DNA of 64,000 nucleotides from Spironucleus salmonicida (Eukaryota): NCBI RefSeq assembly GCF_000497125.1, contig NC_090599.1, positions 1 to 64,000 of the forward strand, read 5' to 3'. Shown piece by piece: positions 52,977 to 64,000 of this stretch (position 1 is its first letter; each line of letters starts with the position of its first letter). The notes under the pieces were generated by a model. It saw only the letters and a program-made list of their open reading frames with translations, ran no database searches and was not told where the DNA came from. The position numbers and the translations under genes were made by a program.

Positions 52977-54920
52977 TCATTAAACAGCAATCTAAGAATT
53001 ATCTTTAACATTAAGCCTTTTCTTAAAATCAAATATATGTTCAGTATTTTATATAAATATCATAAACGATGATAATATCATTGTTAAAATAGTAATTATA
53101 ATAACCAAACCTCCACTGACTATTAGCTCTATTATCACCAATAAAGTCGAACTAAATTGTTCAGCACCAGTAACGTACAACTATAAAGACAATGCGAATA
53201 TTGCTGATACCAAAAGAGAGATAAACATCCATCTTTACTTAGGATAAATACACTTCCCTAATAAACTACTATGATAGCTACCATTTGGTTGACATTTTTA
53301 ACAGTAATCGCAGTGAAAAACATTAATTTTCATCATTATTTAGTCACCAGGTGCACAATATGAAATAAGATCAAATTAGTCAAAATTTAGTTTCTTAATG
53401 TCAATATTTTCACGAATTGGTAATTATATGTAGTTCAATCCTATCATAATTAATATATTGTAAATAAATACAATACACATAATTGCTTCTGACACCCAAA
53501 ATAAGATAAAATTTCGTTTTCTATAGTCTAAAATTATAGGAGGTAAAATAATATCTAACAGGAAAATAAAGATATATCCTAGTATTAATATTTATGATTT
53601 TTTCCTAATTATTATATTTTTATTTCGTTTTGCGACAAGTAAGCTAGTAGCCTCAGGTTTAGTGAACTAAACATTTAATACTATATTAGAACTATCGGAT
53701 TACTAAAGTTAATGTTATAGTTATAAGAGTTCCCCTTATTGCAAAGAAGGAATTAATTACTGAAGAAAACCATCATCTTCTTAAATACTAGCTATTTCTA
53801 CCGGAGAATATTCTTTTAATAACTTTGACTTTCTTCTAAGTAATGATTTATCGGCATATTTCAGTAACAAAGAAAGTCCTTAGAAATCTCCAGATATAAT
53901 TGGATAATGGAATATATTATACTCGTACATTAATGAAACTAGACTTGATAAATGCTAGAATAACTCCTTTTCTTTAAGAGTTTCGATAACAAATTTTTAG
54001 CAGAGTGCATTTCTGGAACAGAATACAAACTATAGCACACTGATACCGTCTTATGATAATTAATCTATAGATACTTATTTCTCAAAAATAATTTTAAGAA
54101 TTTTAATATTTCCAATTATAGCAGCTGCATGGATTGGTAATAGCCCTTATTAGTCATATTGAGTTAGAAATTAGTCTAGTTTATTTTCTTTTTCAAAAAA
54201 ATTAAGTAAATATACAAAACTATCTGTATTAATAACAGAATATGTATGTAAGGACTGATCATAAAATAATTAAATATACTCCAACTTTTACAATAAAAAT
54301 TTCAACACACATACCTCAGCTGATTCTATTGCAAATCTAAGTATAATATCTTTTTTTATAGTGCTTTCGACATCCAATTATATATATAACTCCCAAAGTC
54401 TTGCAAAATAACACTTTATCTATAAATTATGTTCATTAACACATTAACATCGCTAGTTAGAGTAACGAAATAAAACTGCGAGTTCAGATGGTAAAAATTA
54501 TTACTCCTCTGTAGCTCTTTACGATAATAGAATTCTTGATACGTCAGGAAATGTATTTATAAAATCTATGAAATCAACATTAGTTACAACCCCTTTTACA
54601 ATAAGCCTGATAATATTATTATTTTATGCTGTAAGACGAATTAACTCCTCTTTAGGCAACTTCTTTAGAGATTTTAGGCCTTATTAAGCCATCTATCTTA
54701 TAAATGGAAAATCTTGATATTCTTAAGATTATTTTTTATATACTGAATAGTTAAAAACTCTATTAGAAATTTCGTTTAGAAATTTATAGCTAGGCAAAAA
54801 ATCTTGCAGCATATTGACATTTTCTGCATTTGGGTTATACTTATATAACATTAAGTTATCATTCCATATCTAAATCAGTTTGTCCTTCTCAGGGATTTCG
54901 TAATTCTGCTCAAACGACAT
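52977..54920 (-). CDS. Ankyrin-repeat plus degenerate DHHC-type (Akr1/ZDHHC17-like) membrane protein (647 aa)
   Basis: Ankyrin QGLLPIHAAAIIGNIKILKIIF; TM helices flanking HCDYCQKCQPNGSYHSSLLGKCIYPKQRWMF (zf-DHHC spacing, with SYHS at the DHHC position). Confidence 0.75.
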
Positions 54921-54973
54921 TTATGAAGAAATAGCAGTAATATTATTATCATATTATATTATTTATTTTACCA

Positions 54974-55921
54974 ATGTCACAGCTGCAAGAGTTTATCGAA
55001 AACATGGCTAATCTATGTCTAGATTAAAGCCAGTATGCCTACTTCATAACAATTCTATGCTCAGATAAAACTGCCTCAGAGAAAAACGATTTTAAAATCG
55101 AAAGTGTCCTAAAAAGTCTCTTTGGGGAGACACAGGCCACAACTACTGCAACAGCAAATGAGCCATTTGAGTAGCTGATGAAGTTTGGCTTTATTTTCCG
55201 TGCAGACCAAAATTACACTGCGGTGAACCAGTTCTCGGTTCAGGACTCTACACGCTTCATCTTCGACCCTGAAAAGTTCTTGTACGTTCAGGCGGCGCGC
55301 CTGTAGTAGGTAGTAAGTCTTTTAAAGAGGAATGAAACTCAGATCCCGCAGGGTGACTTCATATGCGCACACTGCCAGTCGTAATTCACTTTGAAGCAGG
55401 TAAAGCTTCAAAAAAATCGATTGATTTGCGACGAGTGTGGAGTGAAAGCGCTCAAAAAAGTGGTAAAATAAGTCAGGTAGTACAGTATGCTAGACACCTT
55501 TTCAGAGTTATTCTAAGAAGCAATATATCTAGTCAATTTAAGCTCGGAAGACATCGAGTCGATAAAAACGTAATATAATAGTATAAAAGGGGATTATAAG
55601 GAAAAGCTTGAGCTGTTGAAAAAAGAGATGTAAAGTAATTCCAAATAAGTCAACAACCAAAAATAGAATGTATTAAATGTTTAATAAATTTTTTAATTTT
55701 AAAAGTTATCAAAAACGAAGTAAGCAAGTTTTCAGAAGGTACGACTCTAGTAAAAATAACTTGGGCTTGACGTAAAGAGTATTTATCGCGGAAAGTAGTG
55801 TTAGTGTTACAGTGCCAAACGTTTATATTTGTTATCTGATTAATCTGAACAGAGACCTTTTTGGTTTTAATCTGTTGAGATTAGAGCAAAGAAATTAATT
55901 AAAGGAGAAAATATTAAGTGA
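54974..55921 (+). CDS. TFIIE-alpha/TFE-like protein (putative winged helix + Zn ribbon; 315 aa)
   Basis: FEQLMKFGFI...RFIFDPEKFLYVQAARLQQVVSLLKRNE followed by DFICAHCQSQFT...LICDECG. This matches the order and spacing of TFIIE-alpha (helix, then FxCPxC...FxCxxC). Confidence 0.6.
55917..55921 (+). terminator. AGTGA putative polyadenylation signal overlapping the TGA stop
   Basis: The same stop context occurs at 24761-24765 (+), 28986-28990 (-) and 56960-56964 (-). Confidence 0.4.
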
Positions 55922-55934
55922 TATTATATAATAA

Positions 55935-56849
55935 TCATATTATTTTGCTAATTTGAAATTGTGCTTCATCATATTTTCCAGCCTCTATATTCTCGATACT
56001 AGTTTCAATAAGCTACTGCAGAGACATATCCTACTAATGAATGGTGCATCCAAGTTGGATAGACTGAATTTCTATATCTTTTTAAGCGATTAAATATTAG
56101 AATTAAACTAACATAAGTTATGTTTCCTATTGATGAGTTAAAACAGAGGACTGTAGCTATTTTGTGAGTTACATTTCCCTGTTAGTAAGATCTTATATTT
56201 AAGTTTGCTAGATAGTTAGCTATTAGTCTTTTTGGATTTATAGTTCTTATATTTGTTAGTTCAGCTGTGCGATGACTAATTCAGATTATACTAAGGATTC
56301 TGTATATTGTTTATGGCTTTCATTTAATTATAACTCTTATTAACTGACAGTAGTTTATAATATTAAAGCTAAATCATCAGATGCTTGTGTGGAGATTGTA
56401 ATTTAGTCTACAAATATTTATTGAACCTAAAAGGAGTGATCTAGTAAAACTATTTCTTCTACTTATGTGAAGATAGTATTTTTTTCAACTTACTAAGTTT
56501 AGAGAAGCATATTCCATTACTCTATTCTACTTTATTCTTAATTTCTACATAATTCTTTAAACTAATTGCAATACTACTAAGCTTTTTATCTATAGCACTA
56601 TAACTTCTACTCAATAAGAATATCAATTTCACTTTTAACTAAATCCATTTTATCTGCGGTTGAAAGTTCTAAATCATGTGCAAATGTTTGTTCAAATAAT
56701 ATCATTTATTGTAAATATCTCTGATTAGTCTGTTCTAATTCTATTCGCTATCTCTCGTTGATGGTTAATTGTGTTTAATAGTTCTTTAAAAGATCTTGAT
56801 GTTAACATTTGAGTTAAATTACTTAATTGCTAAGTAAAATTTCTTCCAT
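55935..56849 (-). CDS. Hypothetical coiled-coil protein (304 aa)
   Basis: ATG 56849 (MEEILLSNQVIQLKCQHQ...) in frame with TGA 55935; Q/E/L-rich. Confidence 0.7.
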
Positions 56850-56959
56850 TAAATTAAAAAATAATAGTAATATATTATATAAATTTAATGAATATATAAA
56901 ATTACAAATAGTAATTCTACTGGTGAAGTTATTAAGAGGCAATACTTCTGCCAATAATC

Positions 56960-57139
56960 TCACTAAAAGAGCTCTGGGTTTTCTTATTCATATTATATGG
57001 CTTCGATAAGTGTTTGAACCTGACTTAAATAAAATTCATTAGTCTTAGTTGTCTTACATGACTCTTTAAATGATCCAAGTTCTTTTATGGCTTCAGCATA
57101 AGTTAATTCTTCATGCTATTATAGAAGTTTAAACTCCAT
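56960..57139 (-). CDS. Small hypothetical protein (59 aa)
   Basis: MEFKLLQQHEELTYAEAIKELGSF...ENPELFQ*; C-rich motif before the ATG and stop in AGTGA context, like neighbouring genes. Confidence 0.5.
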
Positions 57140-57203
57140 TAAGGAACGGAATTATATTTATAAAAATATAATACAATATAATACAGTATTTACTTTTTTT
57201 GTA

Positions 57204-60200
57204 ATGATTAAAATAAAATTAAGCTGGTATCTCTCCTTTTTATCATAAAATTAATTCTTCTCCTTTTATTTAATCATAGTATTAGTCGATGTATTGTAAC
57301 TTTTTGGTATTCTATTTTATTTTTCACATAATAATACTCAAAGAATAAGTCCCACATAATTTAAGATTCAATCTTTAATCCAGTTCATAACATTTTAGAA
57401 CTCTCATTAATAATAATTTACAATATTTGATCAAGTGTTGTTCTGTGGATTTTTCATAGTGTTATTTTCGATAATATATTTTTTAAAAAATTATTCTAAA
57501 AGACCACCAACTCTTATAACTAAATTATCAATTTTGATAACTTCATTCTTATTTTTTATTGTATTTTAGATAGTTGATGTTTCATATCTCTATTAATCCT
57601 TTACATTATTGAGAAAATATTTCGAATAAGAAAACGTACTAGGAATAATTTTTTCGTTTTGCTTTACTGGAATTTATTTTTTATTAAATTTACAGTACAA
57701 GCAAAGCTTATAGAGTTTTACATTAAATGAGGATGTTTTATATTCAGCACATTTTCTTGTATTTTCGTAGATACATAAATTTAGTATAGTACTATTAGTT
57801 GTTTTATTTTCTGAGATTACTTTATTAGCTACCAGTTTATTAACTGTATTTAGTTTTATCATGTCAGTGATGTTGACACATAATTAGTAGTTGGGCTTAA
57901 TTAAATCTTCTCTTTGGGTATAAATTTTAGTTCAATTTTTATATATGCTCTTATTTTTGGAATGCTTATTATAACTTGGTAGCGTATTAACATAACATAC
58001 ATTAACAACATATTATTATCGTATTTTACTTTACATTATAATTATAGGTATTTAGTTTCCATTATATTTTAATAATTAAAGAAAGTTTATTGATATTACC
58101 CCTAAATAAGATAAACTTTTTAGTACTAGCCTATCAGTATAATTTATTTTATAGCTTGCTGCCTTTTATGGTAGTGAGTTTATAGGATCATTTAGATAGT
58201 AGTATAATCAGGATTTTTCTTATTTAACATAACCTTCAAATGTAACATAAAAACAAACAAATGAGATATCTAAATTGATTGGTTAGTGTGAATAATAGCT
58301 AGAAGACTTTAAATTATTATACGAAAATATTTATGCAAACATATTTCTTAACTACGCTATGTGCGGATAAACAATAGAATATATTAGTTTATTTGATATT
58401 GAAGAAGCACTTCCAATTCCATTATTATTAGAGTATTTACGTGCTTGGAAAACTCCAGACCAGGCTTACTCAAGCATATTATATTATTTAAAATAAATCA
58501 GCATTCTCGAAAAAGTAAAAAATGATGATTCTCCATATAATCCCATACACCCACTTGATTGCTTCACGAAGTACTAATAGCAATAAACTAATCTTCAAAA
58601 AATATTAAGAAATAACTGTATTAAACAAAGTATTCTTTTAAATGATCACTGGAATAAAGACGAACTAGACTAAAAAGACAAAAGAAATAATTCAATTAAT
58701 CCAGAGTTAGCTTTATTTAAAAATAATTATTAATTTCCTAGCCCTTAAAAATTTGCAGGTGGTTTGTTTTTGGTAGAAGCTTAAGATATTAACAATTATA
58801 AGTTTCTTTTTTAACATGTATTGATATAATCTGAAGATTTTTATTACGTGTTTATACCAACATTATCGCAATTATCAAGTATTACTGGAAATCTACATAG
58901 ATTATCCTTTAATAATATACATATATCATCTTCAACTTAAAATCTCAGACAAATTAGATTATTTGCGTTAATTTCTTTAGCTAGAATAATGTTTCCACTC
59001 AAATAATAGATTGATGGCAAATTCAAACTTCCACTTACATCCTCATTTTTATTTTATTAGTACTAACAGAGTCGAATACTGTCTAAACTAAAATATGGAA
59101 ATCCGTTTATTTTGAAACTTTTTGTTGATAATCTAAGCTATAATTCTAAAAAATTATATGAATTTTCGCCATATCTACTTTCTTAATAGCAATCAAATAA
59201 CGATGCCTAATTGTTATAGTTTGTTTTGGTCGAATATTTTCTTACCCGAATCGTTACTACCTAATAATCGACACCTAGATTATATAAATTTCTTAATATT
59301 TATTATAATTAACATTATAAATTTATTCATAAGTTAATGACATACCAAGAGCAAGAATTTGATTATTAGGAAGTTTGCACAATACCAAATATGCTAACAT
59401 TAAATGCGCTCATTATTTAATTTAGTAGTGCTATTATTGATAAACGAGCTACAAGTTTACAAAATGTTGTTAACACCCTAATTTTAAACAGATCCACATA
59501 TATGTCTAGACATTCTAACTGTTCTTATAAAAGTTGGATACGTTTTTAAAAAGTAAAATTAGATCTTTAACTGAAATAATTATCCTTGACGCCAGAATTT
59601 TCAAACGAGATAGTTAAAGCATTATCCTATTTAACAGAATTAGATTAGTATCAATAATTTGTTGATTAATTGGAATAATCAATATAAGAAAGGCACATGA
59701 ATATTATAAATGAAGTTAGTAAATTTATTTTTGAAACACAGTAAATATTTTATAAACTAATTAATATTTAAAGCTAAACAAATATAAATTATACCAGGAC
59801 AATCTGCTTGTTGTAAAATTTTTAAGACTAAGAAAATTAATAGGATTGGGATGAATAAGATGTTGATCAGAGAATAAACTTAGATTCCTGCTTTCTTATA
59901 CATGATTCTGAATTGCATTATCATAGGTAAATTTTTAGACAAGTTTAGTTTTATAATTTCATAAGGTTGAGTAATTTAATTTATTATTTACAAATTAATT
60001 TGGCGTAACATTTTACAAGCAAAAAAAATATGAATAGGCTACATAAAGATGGTTCACTGTTAGATAATTCAATGATTGGTTTATCCACATTTATTGATTT
60101 TCTTTAACAAGATATTGTAAAGTAATAAATTGGCATTTCTTATGAATGTTCAATAAATACATGTTCAAGTAGTTCTAGTTCATTCTCTGATGTTTCAGAT

Positions 60201-63200
60201 GAAGATTCTATAGTGGAAGATGACAAAAGTTATCTTAATACTGATATTAATTTAAATAATCCTTGGAAATTTGAAGATGATTTTTCATTAATTAATGCAA
60301 ACTATTATTTTATAGATTCAGATAATATTTTAAAATTAAATCATTAGCCTGATTAAAATACACCAGAATTTCTAATAAGTGTTTTGAAATAGGATTTCAA
60401 GATAATTAAAAATCCAAGCATTAAAATATATCAGCATCTTGTTCATTTGTTAACAGCTTTACACGACATTAAAATATAAGATAATACAACTAGAGCAAAA
60501 AATTCCACTTATTTTATAGTTCCAAGATTATACAATATTTAATTAGAATTAGAATAGTTAGTATAACGACTCTTTAAGCAAATTCAAGAAATTAAATAAT
60601 CTAGCTGTTTAAATTATATTAATAAAGTCTAGCTAGACTAAGTTATAAATTCAATCAATCTTATTGAAAACTAAATAATAAGATTATTTAATGCAAAATC
60701 ATTATTGCTAAAACGATAATTTATAACATAAGATTAATTTCTTACGATTAAGCTTGATATCTTACGTTCCTTTGATCTTACTTATGGATATCCTACCGTT
60801 GAGATTGCCAATTAATCTATAGACCAAAAATAAAAATTAATATTAATTTGTGAGGCGTATTGTTGCGAAAATGAAAAAATTTCATAGTAATTATTCTAAT
60901 AAAGTTTAAAATTACCACGATGCGGTGGCTGCTATTCATTTAATTCAAACTACCGTATTAATTGCCATTCATCATGGAAAGAATAATTTTTATGGGAAAA
61001 AAATATTGATACTATATCTGCTGGAAATATTGAGATAGCATCCCCTGATAATTCTTCTAAATTAAAAACTAGCAAACCTGTATAATAAGTAGAATAACTA
61101 TCCCAGAAATTTCCATTTTATAAGAAAAATTATTTCTTTTCTTCAATAATTGCTTTATTTTCTATATTTACGTTACTTTTTGTTCAATATTTTTACACTA
61201 ATAATAATCTACCATTAAATAGTCTATAAGAATCTAATTTGTAATTATCTAGCGCAATATTCGGTCTATAAAATATGTTTGACGATATTAATATAGTTTC
61301 TTAGAGATATAATTTCAATTCTTTAGAGAATTCGTCATACCTCACTTTTAATTTTAATAAATATAGACAGAGTTAAGAATCGCTCCTAAAATCGTTTATC
61401 TATACTAATGCTATTTATAAAAAAACGTCATTCGCTAATATTTATACATAAATTGTAAATACTAATATATTTGGTACTAATTATAGTGCTATTCATAATT
61501 AAGACACCATTAATTTCAACTATTGCTCAGTGAATATAGGATAACTAGATGCTGACATTTTATAACATATTAATTTAATTATTGCAACTAAACCTTCACA
61601 ATCTAAAATAGCTAAAGATATCTTCTATAATATTACTTCGGAAAAAATAACTAACATTAAATTTAAAAAGCTTAACTTAATGATTCCATACTATCGAAAA
61701 GGATTCGTTTAGTAAAAATTTCTTATATCTGTAGATAATGATATTATACCGCTTAATTTAGTGTAAGCTTAGTTATTTTATATTTACTAATCTAGTTGCC
61801 TTTTATAGACCACAATGCATTATTTATATAGTGGTAAATCATAAACTGAGAGCCAAGTAATATTGAATAAAGTAGAAGATAAATTAATGAGTCTCCAAAA
61901 TTCATACATTTAATCATTTGATTTTATTTTTAATTAGTAACTGTAAACAATGATGTTTTAAAATGAACTACTAATAAAACTATTTTTAATGTTATACATT
62001 TTTGTAGTTTTAGCTGTTTTATTTATTTAATAGGTAATTTACATTTAATATTAGAGTAAAAATTTAGTTATTTGTAAATTAGATAAAGGATCAATAATTT
62101 CATAGCTTTTGTAGCTACCAAAGGAGCTTTTAAAGACAATTAAAAATAAATATCGACTAGCAACCAAACTTACTACAAAAATTTCTGATTACTAATGTAT
62201 ATTTGATGTTGAAAAAAAAATTACTATTCTTTCTTCTGTAAAAACTAATTTAACACCTTAATTAGAGGCATTTTAAAGAATGTTAAAACCATTTTTAGTT
62301 AGTGTTAGAGTTAATAAGTTTGATATTTTTACGACACTTATTTTAGTAGAGTTTGCGCTAAAAACTATAAGCACCATTGTTTTAATAATATAAATTTCAC
62401 CATAGTTCCAGTATGATCAATTATAAACATATAATTCATACATAAATGACGACCCTTATTATTTTAAAAAACCAAGTATTGTCGGCAAGATATCAACATA
62501 TCCAATTGAAATATAATAATTTTATAATTACGATAATGACGAGCTTAAAAATCTAGCAAAATAACTTTAATTACCAAAAATCAGTAATTACAAATGTATC
62601 ATGGACACGAAAACAGCAATTAGCCAAATATTAGTTGATTATATGTGGATATAGACTTGGTATCACACTGTTTAAATAAAAGAATAGGCTGATGATTAGA
62701 ATAATCTTTAGTCTCTTATTAATATATTGCCGTTTTATGAGCTATTACGTTTAAAACACCAACTAGTGTTTCATCTACATATTCAAGATAATAATACTTT
62801 AGACATATATGGCTTATTTTAAGAAGTAAATCGACTTATTGAGAAGTATCCGACTTTAAATACTAATAAAATTGAATATTTATTTAAATATTAAAAACCG
62901 GCATTTATTCCATTAGAAGCAAGTTTAAACTAACTTTGTTTGAAGATTCACTAATATAGAAAGTAAATTTAATTATATAATTATAAAGTTTTTCAAATTA
63001 TTATTGAAACTCTACTTTTGTTGATTAATTTTTACTAGTTAATTACACTCTTTTATATATTAATAGTGTATATGCTAAAAATAAATTTAAACTAATCTTA
63101 ATGTGAAGAATTTTAAATAATAGAGTACAATTATATTAAGAAGATGATTTTCTCTAATTATTCAATAATTTGCTACTGTCTTATTATGGCATTTACTATT

Positions 63201-64000
63201 GTCAGTATCCCAATATAATTGTACTACTATTGCTTATATTTCTATATTTTTGTTACTGATTAAGAAAAATATTCTTATTAACTTTATGTAGTTTTGGGGA
63301 AAATATTAGAGGTATAGACAGTATTTTAATCTATTGCTGCATTAATAGTTCTGGTAATTTTTAGAAAAGCTCTTTATGTCTTGGCATCATTAGGGTATCC
63401 AGAAGAGTACTAAACCCTTACAATTTAGGAAGATATAAAATTCCCTTAAGTTCTTGAAGATACAGTAGCTCCAGATTAACCTTATGCATAGTAATTTATA
63501 TATGAATCTCCTGATTTTATTTTCCCATATCCAGTATAAGATATGAAATCAGATATCTATGATTAAATAGTATATTTTACAAATATTGTTTTTGTAGCGT
63601 TAACAACAATTATTATAATTTTTGTCTGCTACTAAAACACCGCTAATTTATCGTTTTTCTAGTTAGCAAGGTTTTAACATATTAATAACATGATATCGAC
63701 ACAGAGTTTGGGATATTATACTCATTCTAATGATTATATTATATAAACAGGAGTTTATTAAAACTTAGTTAGTGAATAGAGAGATATTTAACTATTTTTA
63801 AAAAATAGTGATGTTTCTGGTGCATATTTATATAAGTAGTTCATAAAAGATTCTCATTATAATAACCCAACTTATTATCTTTTTATAGACTAAATTCAAG
63901 ATTCTCAATTTGAAATAAATTAAGGAAACAAATATAATCAAGCAAACTACAATACATCTTAGGTCATATAACCAAGCATTTTATATGGCATAACAAACAT
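57204..64000 (+). CDS. Very large multi-pass membrane protein (>2260 aa), 3' truncated by the window
   Basis: Frame open from ATG 57204 in all segments read; N-terminal cluster of hydrophobic helices (about 57.2-58.1 kb) and further TM segments near 61.1, 62.0 and 63.0-63.6 kb. Confidence 0.75.

Noticed and set aside
3059-57862. Short antisense or alternate-frame track ORFs (e.g. 3059-3337, 17109-17411, 20058-20449, 24529-24997, 26773-27042, 38346-38909, 55363-55578, 57674-57862)
   Set aside because: They are shadows of longer, motif-bearing genes on the other strand or in another frame.
14750-64000. Reading the host genes as pseudogenes because of frequent TAA/TAG
   Set aside because: The frames stay continuous, TAR falls at conserved Gln positions and genes end in TGA, so this is a code reassignment.

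Overview
Eukaryotic, very AT-rich, intron-free and gene-dense DNA. It only reads coherently if TAA and TAG encode Gln and TGA is the sole stop (genetic code 6). The supplied standard-code ORF track therefore breaks every gene into pieces. The code, compact intergenic spacing, AGTGA motifs overlapping stops and C-rich upstream motifs point to a hexamitid diplomonad (Spironucleus/Hexamita/Trepomonas-like; inference). The window has three zones. (1) 1-3 kb: an (AATAT)n satellite with an embedded A56 run and a possible decayed Cys-rich gene. (2) 3.1-14.7 kb: an intact bacterial-type phytoene-dehydrogenase-like flavoprotein gene, then about 10 kb of broken, mostly plus-strand ORFs ending in a disrupted A32/FtsK-HerA-like packaging ATPase. 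This is best read as a fossil Polinton/virophage-like virus written in the host's code. (3) 14.7-64 kb: intact host genes, namely a divergent adaptin, Sec23, Rpn6, SH3-RhoGAP-SH3, PP2A B'', AP-1 mu, FKBP12, V-ATPase E, a 4884-aa axonemal dynein heavy chain, an ABCA transporter, an ankyrin/DHHC-like protein lacking its catalytic Cys, a TFIIE-alpha-like protein, several hypotheticals, and a large multi-TM protein running off the end. All translations were done by eye and no database searches were run.
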